DNA of 64,000 bases from an uncultured Candidatus Saccharibacteria bacterium (GTDB lineage: Bacteria; Patescibacteriota; Minisyncoccia; Phycocordibacterales; UBA9973): positions 129,732 through 193,731 of the forward strand of contig CAYREQ010000001.1 in NCBI GenBank assembly GCA_964423445.1, read 5' to 3'. This document shows, in pieces, positions 10,935 through 22,015 of the stretch. Under the pieces are notes generated by a model, which searched no databases, was not told the origin of the DNA, and worked only from the letters and a program-made list of their open reading frames with translations. A program made the translations under genes and the position numbers. The stretch's first letter is position 1, and each line of letters opens with the position of its first letter.

Positions 10935-11825
10935 TTAACTGACACTGGCCATACCCGCACTAATCTCTGAAATTTCTCTAGTGATATTTGCTTGTCTGGC
11001 TTTGTTAAAGGCTAAGATCAGGTCGTCTATCATCTCACTTGAAGCATCAGAGGCATTTTTCATGGCTAGCATCCTAGATGATTGCTCTGAAGCACTCGAC
11101 TCAAGAAACATTTGATATATCTGCATTCTTGTAATCTTGTTTGCAAGTGATTCTAATAAAATATCAAAATCTCCCTCAAATAAATAATCAACACGTGGCC
11201 CATTGTTTATTTGAGGAGAACTTTCAATTAAATCTTTTACTTCTTTCTTTGAAATTGGTAAGAGTTGTTTTACTTCGGGATTTTGTACTAAAGCAGAAGT
11301 AAAATAAGTATAAGATATGAAAACTTTTTTATATGTTTTCTCTTTAAAACCTTCTCCTGCAAAATTTGAAATTGGGATGATGTCTGACAGATGTAAATTT
11401 ACATCTGGAATGTCCAAAAATACACCGGTGATATTTTGATTGATACGTCGCATAGCTACGTCACCTTTTTTCCCTACCGTGACTATATCTATCTTACTAT
11501 CATCTCCCAACTCTTTTATCTTTTGAATTGTTTTTTTGATAACTTGAGAATTGTATCCACCACATAAACCTCTATTTGATGTTATCAGTATGAGTAATAT
11601 GTCACCCTCTTCTTGTTCGTTAAAAAATGGGTGAGTAGATTCATCTAAATTTTCAGAGATAGACTTTAAGAGTTCATGAGAATAATCAGCATAAAGGCGA
11701 GAAGCCAAAGTAGCAGAGACTGCACGCTTCATCTTTGAAGCAGCCACTAGCTCCATGGCCTTGGTAATCTTTTTTGTGTTTTTCACACTGATTATTCTTC
11801 TTTTGATTTCTTTTGTCCCTGCCAT
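10935..11825 (-). CDS. atpG: F0F1 ATP synthase subunit gamma
   Basis: 296 aa. N-terminal KEIKRRIISVKNTKKITKAMELVAASK and a C-terminal helix. Operon context. Confidence 0.85.
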   Translation of the reverse strand: MAGTKEIKRRIISVKNTKKITKAMELVAASKMKRAVSATLASRLYADYSHELLKSISENLDESTHPFFNEQEEGDILLILITSNRGLCGGYNSQVIKKTIQKIKELGDDSKIDIVTVGKKGDVAMRRINQNITGVFLDIPDVNLHLSDIIPISNFAGEGFKEKTYKKVFISYTYFTSALVQNPEVKQLLPISKKEVKDLIESSPQINNGPRVDYLFEGDFDILLESLANKITRMQIYQMFLESSASEQSSRMLAMKNASDASSEMIDDLILAFNKARQANITREISEISAGMASVS

Positions 11826-11835
11826 AAATTAAATT

Positions 11836-13338
11836 CTAATTTACAAAACCAGCTTTGTAGTCTTCTATAGCTTTCTTTAATTCAGCTTCTCCCTTTTCTG
11901 TCCACATTTTTGTATCTTTTACTTCTTTAAAGAAAGTTTTTGCATTATTTTCTGCATAGTCAATTAGGCCAGCTTCAAAAGCTTTGATTTTTTCTAAAGC
12001 TATATCATCTAGATAACCTTTTGATAATGCATACATAATAATTATTTGATTCTCTACTTTCATTGGAGAATATTGGGATTGTTTCAATACTTCCACTGCT
12101 CTTTTTCCTCTCTCGAGCTGGTTCAATGTAGCTTCATCGAGGTCAGAACCGAATTGAGCGAAAGCTTCAAGCTCACGGAATTGCGCAAGGTCTAGCTTTA
12201 GAGTACCTGCGACTTTTTTCATAGCTTTTATTTGAGCAGCAGAACCAACGCGAGACACAGAAAATCCGACGTTGACTGCAGGGCGAATGCCTTTATAGAA
12301 TAAATCTGTTTCAAGGAAAATTTGTCCGTCAGTAATAGAGATAACGTTTGTAGGAATATATGCAGAGATATCTCCTGCCTGGGTTTCAATAATTGGGAAA
12401 GCAGTGATACTCCCACCACCGTACTTTTCGTTTCTTCGGCAAGCACGCTCAAGTAAGCGAGAGTGAAGGTAGAAAACATCTCCAGGGTAAGCTTCACGTC
12501 CTGGTGGTCGGCGAAGTAGGAGAGAAATCTCACGATATGCTACTGCGTGTTTTGAAAGATCATCATAAATTATCAAAACATCTTTACCTTGATCCATAAA
12601 GTATTCTGCAATTGATACACCTGTATATGGTGCAATATATGAAAGTGAAGCTGATTCTGAGGCACCAGCAGACACGATTACTGTATAATCCATAGCACCG
12701 CCTTCTTCTAGGCGAGCTTGAATTTTTCTAAGTTTAGAATCTTTTTGACCAATAGATACATAAACACATATCATGTTTTGACCTTTTTGATTTAAAATTG
12801 CATCGATAGCAATCGCAGTCTTACCTGTCTGACGGTCACCGATGATAAGTTCACGTTGTCCACGACCTACAGGAATAATAGAATCAATGACTTTTATTCC
12901 AGTAGCGACTGGCTCAGAGACAGAAAGACGAGTCACGACTCCAGGGGCGACTTTTTCTATAGGATAAGTTTTATCACTTTTAAATGCCCCTTTACCATCC
13001 ATAGGTACACCGATAGCATTTACTACTCTACCTAAAATACTATCTCCTACTGGAATTTCCAAAATTCTTCCTGTGGCTTTTACTTCATCTCCTTCTTTAA
13101 TTTTAGAAAAATCACCAAGGATAATGACACCGACTGCGTCTTCTTCAAGATTGAGCGCCACACCGACTTCTCCATTTGGAAAAGTAACCATTTCGGATGA
13201 TTTTACAAGTGAAAGTCCTGAGACTTTTGCAATGCCATCAAAAACTTCGATAACATGACCGACTTTTTCAACCTTTGCTTCAACCAAAAAATCTTCTATC
13301 TCTTTTCTTAAATTTTCTACGATGTGATTATTGCTCAT
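11836..13338 (-). CDS. atpA: F0F1 ATP synthase subunit alpha
   Basis: Walker [12 protein letters not shown] and high conservation. Confidence 0.95.
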   Translation of the reverse strand: MSNNHIVENLRKEIEDFLVEAKVEKVGHVIEVFDGIAKVSGLSLVKSSEMVTFPNGEVGVALNLEEDAVGVIILGDFSKIKEGDEVKATGRILEIPVGDSILGRVVNAIGVPMDGKGAFKSDKTYPIEKVAPGVVTRLSVSEPVATGIKVIDSIIPVGRGQRELIIGDRQTGKTAIAIDAILNQKGQNMICVYVSIGQKDSKLRKIQARLEEGGAMDYTVIVSAGASESASLSYIAPYTGVSIAEYFMDQGKDVLIIYDDLSKHAVAYREISLLLRRPPGREAYPGDVFYLHSRLLERACRRNEKYGGGSITAFPIIETQAGDISAYIPTNVISITDGQIFLETDLFYKGIRPAVNVGFSVSRVGSAAQIKAMKKVAGTLKLDLAQFRELEAFAQFGSDLDEATLNQLERGKRAVEVLKQSQYSPMKVENQIIIMYALSKGYLDDIALEKIKAFEAGLIDYAENNAKTFFKEVKDTKMWTEKGEAELKKAIEDYKAGFVN

Positions 13339-13741
13339 ACCTTATTAAATGTTGTTGTAATTTTTTAATCTTATTTTTAATCGTCAAATCTATAACTTCA
13401 TCATCAACCTCTAACTTTACTCCTCCTATCAAACTCTCATCAATAATTTCGTTTAAAACAATATCTCTCGAGCTGTAGCGTTTAGTAAGCATTTTAATTA
13501 AATTTTGTTTTGTTTCATGACTCAATTTTTCTGCTGTTTTTACTAAAACCTCTTTTATACCTTCGTGCTGATTTTTTATTTTATTTAGTTTGAGTAAGAT
13601 ATCTTCCTTTTTGGACAATAACCTGCGTCTATCTAAAAATTTCACTACATTTTTTAGATAAAGTTTTGAATCATTATCTTTCTTATTTAGATAAGTTAGA
13701 TAAATGGCTTTTGCTATGTCATTGTTTGATATAGTTGCCAT
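13328..13741 (-). CDS. atpH: F0F1 ATP synthase subunit delta (short form)
   Basis: 137 aa between atpF and atpA. Helical, OSCP-like. Its stop overlaps the atpA start by 11 nt. Confidence 0.65.
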   Translation of the reverse strand: MATISNNDIAKAIYLTYLNKKDNDSKLYLKNVVKFLDRRRLLSKKEDILLKLNKIKNQHEGIKEVLVKTAEKLSHETKQNLIKMLTKRYSSRDIVLNEIIDESLIGGVKLEVDDEVIDLTIKNKIKKLQQHLIRYEQ

Positions 13742-13747
13742 TGTATA

Positions 13748-14239
13748 TTATAGATTGTTCAATTCTTTGACGACCTTTTCATTGTACGCATTATCTACTT
13801 TACTACCTATGATTTTTTCTGTAGCAGAAATAACTAATTCTGCTACTTCACGTTTTGCTTCACTGACCATCTTAGCTTTTTCAGACTCAAGAGTTTTCTT
13901 TCCATTTTCTATCATTACATTGACTTCATTGCGTGCGTCTGAAATCATGCTTTCTTTTTTTGCCAAAGCTTCTTTTTTACCTTCCTCAAATATTTTTTGA
14001 GCTTCGGTGCGAGCTTGAGCCAATGTAGCCTCGTACTCTTTTTGTGTTTGACTTAAAACAATGGCATTTGATTTTGCATCATCTATACCTTTTGAAATTT
14101 TTTCTGACCTCTCAGCCATTAATTTTGACAAAGGTTTTAAGGCATAAAAATATAAAACTAAAAATACTATGCCAAAGTTTACAACTTGGGCAATGATTAT
14201 TTTCCAGTCTATATGAAATGTTGCAATTATTGATTCCAT
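13748..14239 (-). CDS. atpF: F0F1 ATP synthase subunit b
   Basis: One N-terminal transmembrane helix followed by a long charged coiled coil. Operon position. Confidence 0.8.
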   Translation of the reverse strand: MESIIATFHIDWKIIIAQVVNFGIVFLVLYFYALKPLSKLMAERSEKISKGIDDAKSNAIVLSQTQKEYEATLAQARTEAQKIFEEGKKEALAKKESMISDARNEVNVMIENGKKTLESEKAKMVSEAKREVAELVISATEKIIGSKVDNAYNEKVVKELNNL

Positions 14240-14257
14240 TGAGTTAAAAAATTAGTA

Positions 14258-14506
<249 letters not shown>

Positions 14507-14543
14507 TTATAATAATTAATAATGTCGACTAAAAACTTATAAT

Positions 14544-15389
14544 TTATGCATGAGCCACCCCTCCTTCTTTGTGCTCGGATTCATGTTCATCGTGATCTGT
14601 CGCAGAAATCGTGAAATAAACGACAAGTAAAATTGAAAAGATCAGAGCTTGAATTACTCCTACTAAAATCTCTAAGAAGAGAAATGGTATAGGAACTATA
14701 TATGCGACGAGAGCTGCCATCGATGCTAATAAAACTTCTCCAGCAAATACATTACCGAAAAGTCGGAAAGACAAGGAAGCTACTTTCGCAAATTCACTGA
14801 TAATTTCAATTATCCCAACAAAGAACGTGATAGGTGCTACTATTATTACTGTTGGTTCTTTACGGATTTTTGTAAAAATACCGCCCAACACCTTGATGTT
14901 AACATATTTGTTAAAAGTTTTCCATAAACCGATAGAAAAGATACCGAAGACATTTGCACTAATTACAGCCATCACAGCGAGTGCTATCGTGGTATTTATA
15001 TCGGCAGTACCTCCTCTAAAAATAGGCACGAAAGCCAAGCCATGCTCACCTCTTTCCAATAAACCAAAGCCACCCAAAGGAAGCAATCCGAGCCAGTTGT
15101 TTATGAGAATAAATAGAAATACTGAAGACGCTATCGGAAAGACTTTTTCTGACAGAGCTCTGTTGTTTGTGACTTGGTCGCACAAATCTAGTCCACCCTC
15201 CACAATGATTTCAAAGATAGTCTGCAATTTTCCTGGAACTTCGCGCAAAACATAGCGAAGGAGAAAAGAAAGTATGATGATAATAAAAACTACAACCCAA
15301 GACGTGAGTAGAGAATTTGTAATAGTAAAATTTTCAAAATGAAATATTGGCTCTGCAAATAATGTAATTTCGTGTGATATTTTTTCCAT
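14544..15389 (-). CDS. atpB: F0F1 ATP synthase subunit a
   Basis: Polytopic membrane protein with the conserved Arg in SLSFRLFGN. Confidence 0.9.
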   Translation of the reverse strand: MEKISHEITLFAEPIFHFENFTITNSLLTSWVVVFIIIILSFLLRYVLREVPGKLQTIFEIIVEGGLDLCDQVTNNRALSEKVFPIASSVFLFILINNWLGLLPLGGFGLLERGEHGLAFVPIFRGGTADINTTIALAVMAVISANVFGIFSIGLWKTFNKYVNIKVLGGIFTKIRKEPTVIIVAPITFFVGIIEIISEFAKVASLSFRLFGNVFAGEVLLASMAALVAYIVPIPFLFLEILVGVIQALIFSILLVVYFTISATDHDEHESEHKEGGVAHA

Positions 15390-15392
15390 AAA

Positions 15393-15659
15393 TTATTTTT
15401 TAGTCTTGTCTTCGATTTCTTTAATCTTTTTTATATATTTTTGCACAACACGCACCATACCAATACATGTAAACAAAAAAGCTATACCTGTAGATATTAA
15501 AAATAGTGTAGGCTTTGTATGATAATGACTGTCCAAGCTCTTGCCTACTATGAGAGCAATTATAATAGGAGCCACTATCCACATAGAAACTTCACTAAAG
15601 AGCCCCATTGCTGGCTTCCACCAAGGCTCACCATTTAAAGGTTTTTTGTCATTAATCAT
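15393..15659 (-). CDS. AtpZ/AtpI-family small membrane protein (ATP synthase protein I-like)
   Basis: 88 aa with two transmembrane helices and the EPWWKPAMGL motif typical of AtpZ. It sits immediately upstream of atpB in the operon. Confidence 0.6.
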   Translation of the reverse strand: MINDKKPLNGEPWWKPAMGLFSEVSMWIVAPIIIALIVGKSLDSHYHTKPTLFLISTGIAFLFTCIGMVRVVQKYIKKIKEIEDKTKK

Positions 15660-15729
15660 AAAAAGAAAAGGCGAAATGCCTTTCCCCTATAATAATATAA
15701 AGATGCGCTTGATGCAAATATAGGAAAAT

Positions 15730-16359
15730 CTATTTTTTAGTTAACACCAAGAGTCTATTGCCCTCAAAATCACCATAATCAGGAGCAACCTTATCTGACC
15801 TCTCTTTTAAAATTTTTTCAGCAATCGCTATATTACCGTTGATATTACCTAGGGGGTATAGGGGGTATATGTAAGCTTTCCCTCCAGGTTTTAAAGTCCT
15901 AATTATTTCATCTATCACTCTTTCAAACTCTTCATAAAAAAACTTTTCAGAATTTTCGCTGCTTTCTCCTATTTCTTCATATCTAGGAAGGTAATAAGGG
16001 ACAGAATATAACGCGAATTCAGAATCAAAAGAATTATCAGCAAAAGGCATTTCTTGTGCTCTTGCACCTACATCACCTTCAGCGTGGATTATCTTTTCAG
16101 CAGATTTTGCTTCTTTACCTCTCTTAAATTCTGGGTTTAGAGAAAAAACTTTTACACCAAGAGCTGAAACTCTATCATGAAAGTTTCCTCTCCCTGAACC
16201 TATGTCTAAGATTGTCTTTCCTTTCATTTCTGAAAATTTCACATCAAATAATGACTCGTATTCCTCCACAGAACGCTCTGTAATTACAGGCTTATCTTCA
16301 CGAAGTTTCCTTCTTAGTTTTTTTAAATCCTCGTTGTTTATATTTTCAAAATTTTCCAT
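15730..16359 (-). CDS. class I SAM-dependent methyltransferase
   Basis: ILDIGSGRGNF glycine-rich SAM-binding motif. The track start at 16398 would overlap tRNA-Ile by 24 nt, so the internal Met (MENFENIN, 16359) was chosen as the likely start. Confidence 0.65.
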   Translation of the reverse strand: MENFENINNEDLKKLRRKLREDKPVITERSVEEYESLFDVKFSEMKGKTILDIGSGRGNFHDRVSALGVKVFSLNPEFKRGKEAKSAEKIIHAEGDVGARAQEMPFADNSFDSEFALYSVPYYLPRYEEIGESSENSEKFFYEEFERVIDEIIRTLKPGGKAYIYPLYPLGNINGNIAIAEKILKERSDKVAPDYGDFEGNRLLVLTKK

Positions 16360-16374
16360 AAATAGTTTTACTAG

Positions 16375-16446
16375 TGAGCGTGGATGGAATCGGACCATCG
16401 ACCTCTGTCTTATCAGGACAGCGTTCTACCACTGAACTACACGCTC
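16375..16446 (-). tRNA. tRNA-Ile (anticodon GAT)
   Basis: The reverse complement reads GAGCGTGTAGTTCAGTGGTAGAACGCTGTCCTGATAAGACAGAGGTCGATGGTCCGATTCCATCCACGCTCA. It forms a cloverleaf with anticodon loop CTGATAA. Confidence 0.8.
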
Positions 16447-16481
16447 ATTAAACAAAACTATACCAAAAATTTAGTAGAAAC

Positions 16482-16512
16482 GCAAAAAGCACCCGAAGGT
16501 GCCTTTTGTTTC
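16482..16512. terminator. bidirectional Rho-independent terminator hairpin
   Basis: GCACCCGAAGGTGC stem-loop with T-runs on both sides. It lies 3' of the RRM gene on the minus strand. Confidence 0.6.
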
Positions 16513-16526
16513 AAAAACTAATTTTA

Positions 16527-16841
16527 TTAGTATTCTCTGCGTCCTCCGCCGTTACCGTATCCGCCATTGCCACCTGTTCGTGGTGGGCGAGCTTCCATAG
16601 GTCGAGCTTCGTTGACAGTAAGCTTGCGTCCTTCGAAATCTTTATCGTTAAACATCTCGATAGCTTTTGTAGCTTCATCTTGAGATGACATTTCAACGAA
16701 CCCGAAACCTTTTGAACGACCAGACATCTTGTCCATGATAATCACAGCAGAAACAACGTTTCCAGCTTGTGCGAAGTACTCTTTTAGAGCAGCTTCTTGT
16801 GTGCTGTAAGGTAATCCCCCTACATATAGCTTTGTAGCCAT
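16527..16841 (-). CDS. RNA-binding protein (RRM domain, glycine-rich C-terminal tail)
   Basis: RNP2 (KLYVGGLPY) and RNP1 (KGFGFVEM) motifs. The C-terminus is RPPRTGGNGGYGNGGGRREY. Confidence 0.85.
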   Translation of the reverse strand: MATKLYVGGLPYSTQEAALKEYFAQAGNVVSAVIIMDKMSGRSKGFGFVEMSSQDEATKAIEMFNDKDFEGRKLTVNEARPMEARPPRTGGNGGYGNGGGRREY

Positions 16842-16981
16842 TTGTTTACTTCGCCGGTTTTTAAAAACTCCGGCAAAAACTAATTATAATGTCTGCCTGC
16901 GAGGCCAGACGTAGAAATTCTTGTACTTAAACGAGAAAAAACTACCTTTAAATTCTACCATATGTCTAAATAAAAGCAATT

Positions 16982-17953
16982 TTAGTCCTCGTCTTCGTCA
17001 CCTGTTTCTCCAGAATCTATAGCATCTATTATGTCACCGATTTCCCCTTCTAAGATTTTTGGCAGATTGTGCCATGATTTTTTTATTCTATGGTCGGTGA
17101 CTCTATCTTGAGCATAGTTATATGTACGAATTTTTTCACTTCTATCCCCTGTACCAATTTGGTTTTTTCTCTCGGCTCCGTATTTTGCAGCGTCTTTTTC
17201 TTCTTCTAACTGCTGTAGTTTTGCAGTCAAAATCATCATAGCTTTTTCTCTATTTGCGAGCTGGCTTCTCTCATTTGTAGAACGCACATCGAGCCCTGTA
17301 GGTTTGTGTATTATTCTCACAGCAGTCTCTACTTTGTTTACGTTTTGTCCACCCTTACCACCGGAGCGAGAATATTCTAGCTCAAATTCAGCTGGATTTA
17401 CATGAAAAGTTATTTTCTTTTTTATAGGAAGTACTGCCACAGAAGCAGTAGACGTGTGTACTCGGCCATTTTTTTCTGTAGCTGGGACTCTCTGCACTCT
17501 ATGAACTCCTGTCTCAAAGCGCATTTTTTTATATACATCTTTACCTTTTATTTCAAAACTTGCTTCTTTATAGCCGTTCAAATCGCTCTTGGATTCATAG
17601 TTTACATACCATTGCCAGCCCTGTGACTCAGCAAACTTTTCATACATATGGGCTAGCTCCCACGCAAAAAGACTGGCTTCGTCTCCACCAGCTCCTGCTC
17701 GCACTTCTAATACTATTTCATTTGGAAATTCTTCTTTTTCTTTCTCTTTGTCTAAAATATCTTGGATTTGTTTTTCTATTCTTTCTTTCTCTTCTTGGAT
17801 AGTCTGCAGTTCTTTTCCTGCGAGCTCATGCAAGCTCTCGTCGCTGTCTAGCATCTCACGAACTTGTATCTCTTCACGCAGAATTTTCTCTAACTGAGTA
17901 GCTAGATAATTTGTGTTGTGATCTTTTTTTAGTTCTTCTATGTCTAGTGCCAT
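16982..17953 (-). CDS. prfA: peptide chain release factor 1
   Basis: GGQ motif ([18 protein letters not shown]) and PxT-type tripeptide region ([16 protein letters not shown]), which indicates RF1 rather than RF2. Confidence 0.85.
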   Translation of the reverse strand: MALDIEELKKDHNTNYLATQLEKILREEIQVREMLDSDESLHELAGKELQTIQEEKERIEKQIQDILDKEKEKEEFPNEIVLEVRAGAGGDEASLFAWELAHMYEKFAESQGWQWYVNYESKSDLNGYKEASFEIKGKDVYKKMRFETGVHRVQRVPATEKNGRVHTSTASVAVLPIKKKITFHVNPAEFELEYSRSGGKGGQNVNKVETAVRIIHKPTGLDVRSTNERSQLANREKAMMILTAKLQQLEEEKDAAKYGAERKNQIGTGDRSEKIRTYNYAQDRVTDHRIKKSWHNLPKILEGEIGDIIDAIDSGETGDEDED

Positions 17954-17962
17954 AGAAAAGTT

Positions 17963-18187
17963 TTATTTTTTAGCTTTTACTTTAGAAGATGCCTCTGCAC
18001 GCTTTTTGAAACGTTCTACACGTCCAGCTGTGTCCATTATCTTTTCATTTCCAGTGTAAAAAGGGTGACATTGACTACAGATTTCTACTTTTATTTCAGG
18101 CATAGTTGAGCCAACTTCAAAAACCGCTCCGCAAGCGCAAGAAGCTTTTGTTTTTAAATCATATTTTGGGTGTATATCTTTTTTCAT
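17963..18187 (-). CDS. rpmE: 50S ribosomal protein L31
   Basis: MKKDIHPKY start and CxxC...CxxC zinc ribbon (CACG...[10 protein letters not shown]). Confidence 0.85.
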   Translation of the reverse strand: MKKDIHPKYDLKTKASCACGAVFEVGSTMPEIKVEICSQCHPFYTGNEKIMDTAGRVERFKKRAEASSKVKAKK

Positions 18188-18234
18188 GTTGTAAAGAATA
18201 ATAGCATAAATTCACTTTCAAGGCAAATTCTCTA

Positions 18235-19599
18235 TTAGAGTAGGTCTATATTAGCTTGAATTTTCGCTTTTAAGTTCATGACACTCTTACCATATGAGCA
18301 TGTGGTACCACCTGAGCCATAATACTTACAAGCTGCTTTTATTTGCCCACTTGCACTGGTACCGATTGCTCCCAGGTCTGTCAGATACATACTAGAAGCC
18401 ATAAATGCGTCTTCTGGTGCCCAAGGATTTGGATAATGACCAAGTGCAGTTTGCAAACGACTGATAAACATTTTCCAAGTAGAAGGAATAAACTGCGCAG
18501 GGCCCATAGCTCCACCATAGCCAGCTACTCCAGCGATAGGACAAGACACAGCTGTCTGATATGGATCTACGCCAAGCTTTCCAGTAATTTCAAGAAATGG
18601 AGCGACGTCTCGTGTAGGCTTCATGACATTTGCAAATGGTGTGCCTGTATTTTTCCCTTTTCCAGCGCCTGTCTCTGTGTTTGTAAGATAACATTGACCG
18701 ACATTTGAACCCAAGTTACTTTCTTGGGTAAGAATAGCAAGTAGAAATGCTGGCTCTATACCTGTCTTACCCTCAGCTTCTCTTGCATATGCTAGTGCTG
18801 TACCGAAATCAATCTTTGTAGAAGTGTTTGCTAAAGGAAATAATGCTGCACGAATTTTATCAGCACGAGCTTTCTTTTCCGCTGCGAGCTTTTGATATTC
18901 AGATTCTTTTTGTTTAGAAATTGCCAAGAGTTGTTTTTTCTCTGCTTCAGACTGAGCTACCTTTTGCTGAGCACTTTCCAGCTCTGCTTTGGCATCTGTC
19001 TCTGCGTCTTGCTTTTGCTCCAACTCAATTTTTGCTAGTTCAGTTTGTTTTTTTGTGACTCTGACAATACCTAAAGAGTCTTCTATTCCTTCCTTGATTG
19101 CAGTATATGCTTCGATATCTCCGTAAAAATCAGAAATACTCTCATCTGATAAAATCAGATGCATGATATTTCCATTATCAAACTCATTTTCATTTCGGAG
19201 TAGTTTTGCCAATGAAGCGTGCTCACGGTTAATTTTTGTAGACAGAGAGTTTATGGTGTTTGTCTTCTCGGTAATATGTACTTTTATTTGAGCTATTACT
19301 AGAGCCCGAGCTTTAATCTTTGCTTTTAGTGCATTTATTTGGCTGGTTAGGTAATCCACATCACCTTTGATATTTCCTGTAGTTTTTTGCTGTTGTTTTT
19401 GTTTCTGTAAGAGCTCTGCTAGCTGTGCTTCTATCTGAGCAAGTTCGTTTTTACAATAATCTTTATTTGCCTGGCTAGAGTCAGAATCTAGTTTTAAACA
19501 ATCAAAAGCTGCATTCGTAGGTTTTGTAAAAAATCCTAACATCATAAATGCAGACACGATAAATATAAACAAAAAAGCTATGACTGTTTTCTTGGTCAT
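18235..19599 (-). CDS. secreted/membrane-anchored coiled-coil protein with C-terminal lytic transglycosylase (SLT/lysozyme-like) domain
   Basis: N-terminal transmembrane or signal segment, about 230 aa of heptad-rich coiled coil, then LAILTQESNLG (catalytic Glu motif) and GAMGPAQFIPSTW, typical of SLT domains. Confidence 0.6.
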   Translation of the reverse strand: MTKKTVIAFLFIFIVSAFMMLGFFTKPTNAAFDCLKLDSDSSQANKDYCKNELAQIEAQLAELLQKQKQQQKTTGNIKGDVDYLTSQINALKAKIKARALVIAQIKVHITEKTNTINSLSTKINREHASLAKLLRNENEFDNGNIMHLILSDESISDFYGDIEAYTAIKEGIEDSLGIVRVTKKQTELAKIELEQKQDAETDAKAELESAQQKVAQSEAEKKQLLAISKQKESEYQKLAAEKKARADKIRAALFPLANTSTKIDFGTALAYAREAEGKTGIEPAFLLAILTQESNLGSNVGQCYLTNTETGAGKGKNTGTPFANVMKPTRDVAPFLEITGKLGVDPYQTAVSCPIAGVAGYGGAMGPAQFIPSTWKMFISRLQTALGHYPNPWAPEDAFMASSMYLTDLGAIGTSASGQIKAACKYYGSGGTTCSYGKSVMNLKAKIQANIDLL

Positions 19600-19623
19600 A
19601 GCTCTATTGTATCATATTTTATA

Positions 19624-20271
19624 TTATTTTGAATCCCCAGATGCTTCGGCTTCAGGATCTTCTTTCTTACCTTTCTTTTCTACTTCAATTGAAGAAAGGT
19701 CTACAGGTGTAGATTCTTCTTTTTCTTCTACTTGAAGAACGATAGATGCTACTACTTCTTCTTTATCAGTCAAAATAGTGACGCCACTCGGTACAGATAT
19801 GTCAGATACAAAGATTTGGTCTTCTGTAGTAGCTAATTTTGATAGATCTACAGTGATTTTTTGAGGTAATTCTGAAGGCAGACCCTCTACTTCTACTTCG
19901 TGTAAGACTTTTACTAGATTACCAAGTCCACTTTTTACTGCTCCTGAGATACCTGAAAATTCTAGAGGAATATTTACTGTGACTTTCTTCTTCATATCAA
20001 TCGCTAGGAAATCAGCATGTATAGGCTCACTAGTGACTGGATCTACTTGGACTTCGTGGATTAGAACGTCTATATCTCCACTATCTAGTGATATTTTTAC
20101 AGGAGATGATTCTCCAGCTTCACGCCAAGCTTTCTTGAATAAAACGACAGGAATAGAAATAGAAGTAGTGTCTTTGCCCATGCCATAAAAAACAGCTGGG
20201 ATTTCCCCTCCACTCCTTAAATTATCTAATTTGACACTTGTGTCTCGCTTTTTAGCTTTAATTACAAACAT
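19624..20271 (-). CDS. rplY: 50S ribosomal protein L25 / general stress protein Ctc
   Basis: VKLDNLRSGGEIPAVFYG L25 N-domain and an acidic C-terminal tail. The track start (20307) adds an implausible hydrophobic extension, so the internal Met was chosen. Confidence 0.75.
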   Translation of the reverse strand: MFVIKAKKRDTSVKLDNLRSGGEIPAVFYGMGKDTTSISIPVVLFKKAWREAGESSPVKISLDSGDIDVLIHEVQVDPVTSEPIHADFLAIDMKKKVTVNIPLEFSGISGAVKSGLGNLVKVLHEVEVEGLPSELPQKITVDLSKLATTEDQIFVSDISVPSGVTILTDKEEVVASIVLQVEEKEESTPVDLSSIEVEKKGKKEDPEAEASGDSK

Positions 20272-20314
20272 AAGAAACAGTATACCCGAACACACTGGAA
20301 AAGTCAAAAAGCTG

Positions 20315-22012
20315 TTAGACCTTATGGCTAGATTGATGCTCTTTTACAATATGACCTCTTATATATTCTCTAGTGCCTGCTCCATTTGTGCTATTTTTTT
20401 CAGCAATTTTTTTACCTGGATTAAATATGTTTTGTGGGTCAAAAATATCTTTAATCTCCCTAAATATCTTAATTATTTTCTCCCCATACATTTTTTCTAA
20501 ATATGGTGTACGAATAAGACCATCATTGTGCTCTGCAGTGATTGATCCTTGGTATTTTAAAACCAAATCATATACTTTTTCTCCTAACTCAAGAATAATT
20601 TTTGCAGTATCAGGGCGCTTGAAATCCATAAGTGGAATAATGTGAAAATTTCCATCTCCAGCGTGTCCAGCTATGGTATATGTCAATTTATACTGACTTA
20701 AAATGACATTTAATTCTGGAATAAATTTTGGCAAAAATTCTGAACGGACTATGATGTCATCTATAAATGGTGCTGTGTGCATTTTTTTGACATGCTTTCT
20801 AAGCAATGCAAAGCTTTCTCTCCTGATATCCCAATACTTGTTTGCTTCAGCTTCATTTTCTGTAATATGAATTTTTAATTTAAAGTCTTTTATTTTTTCT
20901 TCTAGTTTTTTGCATTTATCATTTACTTCTTTTTCATCTTGTCCTGAAAATTCTACTAAAAGAATTAATTTTGGGAAACCACCAGATAGCATCATGAAAA
21001 ATTCTGGCATAAAGCTCCAGCCTAACTTCAACATTTCGATAAACCCTTTATTTTTAAGGAAATCTGGGAAGAATTTTACAGCTAATTTCATAGTCTTGTC
21101 ATCATAGGCCTCTAAGGTCTCTGGATTGAGCTCTAAAATTTCATCTACAAGACGACCGAGAGGTAAAAGGTCATTCATAAATACAGCGACGAGCTTGGAA
21201 TATTTTATGTTTGGAATAATTTTAAAAGTTATTTCCGTGACTATGCCGAGTGTACCTTGTGAACCCACGAGAAGTTTATTAAGATCGAAAACTTTTTCTC
21301 CTTTTACATTCCAAATATAATAACCAGCAGAATTTTTGTGGACTTTTGGCTTGGCATGTTTTATATCTTCTTCATTTCCTGTAATCAATTTATTTATTCT
21401 GCGATAGATTTCTCCTTCAGCTCCACCAAGTGTCATCTTTTGGTTTAGCTCACTTTGATTTAAGGGCTTAATGATGTATTCATTTCCATCATGGAATATT
21501 ATTTTTGCTGACAAAATATAATCTTCAGTTTTTCCATATTTGAGTGTTCGCTCTCCTGCAGAATTATTGCCATACATACCACCCATAGCATTCAAACTCT
21601 TTGATGCGGTATAACAAGGCAATATCAATCCTTTTGCTAAAGTAATTTTTTCAAAATCTCTATAAAACATCCCTGGCTCTACGGTGATTTCCCACTCGTC
21701 TTTATTTTGCATTGGTAGTGGGCCACCGATTAATTTATTCATATGTCGAGTAAAATCCATGATTATAGACTCTCCTATTGCTCCACCAGACATACAGGTG
21801 CCAGCACAGCGTGCTGTGATAGAAAGCTCAGGATGATTTGGCTTGTTTACCATCATCCACTTTACTAAATTCCTGACATCTTCAGCATCGAGCGGGTAAA
21901 CTATTAGCTTTGGCATAACCTCCAGCAAGCTCGCATCATGCGAGTACTTTAAAAGTGTATCTTCACTATCATCCACTTCCCCTTTAAAAAATTTTAATAT
22001 TTGTTCTTTCAA
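20315..22012 (-). CDS. FAD-binding oxidoreductase (GlcD / D-lactate dehydrogenase-like, FAD-linked oxidase)
   Basis: 565 aa. PCMH-type FAD-binding domain features near the N-terminus and a C-terminal FAD-oxidase domain (GSITAEHNDGLIRTPYL). Confidence 0.7.
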   Translation of the reverse strand: MKEQILKFFKGEVDDSEDTLLKYSHDASLLEVMPKLIVYPLDAEDVRNLVKWMMVNKPNHPELSITARCAGTCMSGGAIGESIIMDFTRHMNKLIGGPLPMQNKDEWEITVEPGMFYRDFEKITLAKGLILPCYTASKSLNAMGGMYGNNSAGERTLKYGKTEDYILSAKIIFHDGNEYIIKPLNQSELNQKMTLGGAEGEIYRRINKLITGNEEDIKHAKPKVHKNSAGYYIWNVKGEKVFDLNKLLVGSQGTLGIVTEITFKIIPNIKYSKLVAVFMNDLLPLGRLVDEILELNPETLEAYDDKTMKLAVKFFPDFLKNKGFIEMLKLGWSFMPEFFMMLSGGFPKLILLVEFSGQDEKEVNDKCKKLEEKIKDFKLKIHITENEAEANKYWDIRRESFALLRKHVKKMHTAPFIDDIIVRSEFLPKFIPELNVILSQYKLTYTIAGHAGDGNFHIIPLMDFKRPDTAKIILELGEKVYDLVLKYQGSITAEHNDGLIRTPYLEKMYGEKIIKIFREIKDIFDPQNIFNPGKKIAEKNSTNGAGTREYIRGHIVKEHQSSHKV

Positions 22013-22015
22013 GTT

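Noticed and set aside
16398-16398. Track start codon of the methyltransferase at 16398
   Set aside because: It would overlap the tRNA-Ile gene by 24 nt. The internal Met at 16359 gives a non-overlapping CDS and was preferred.
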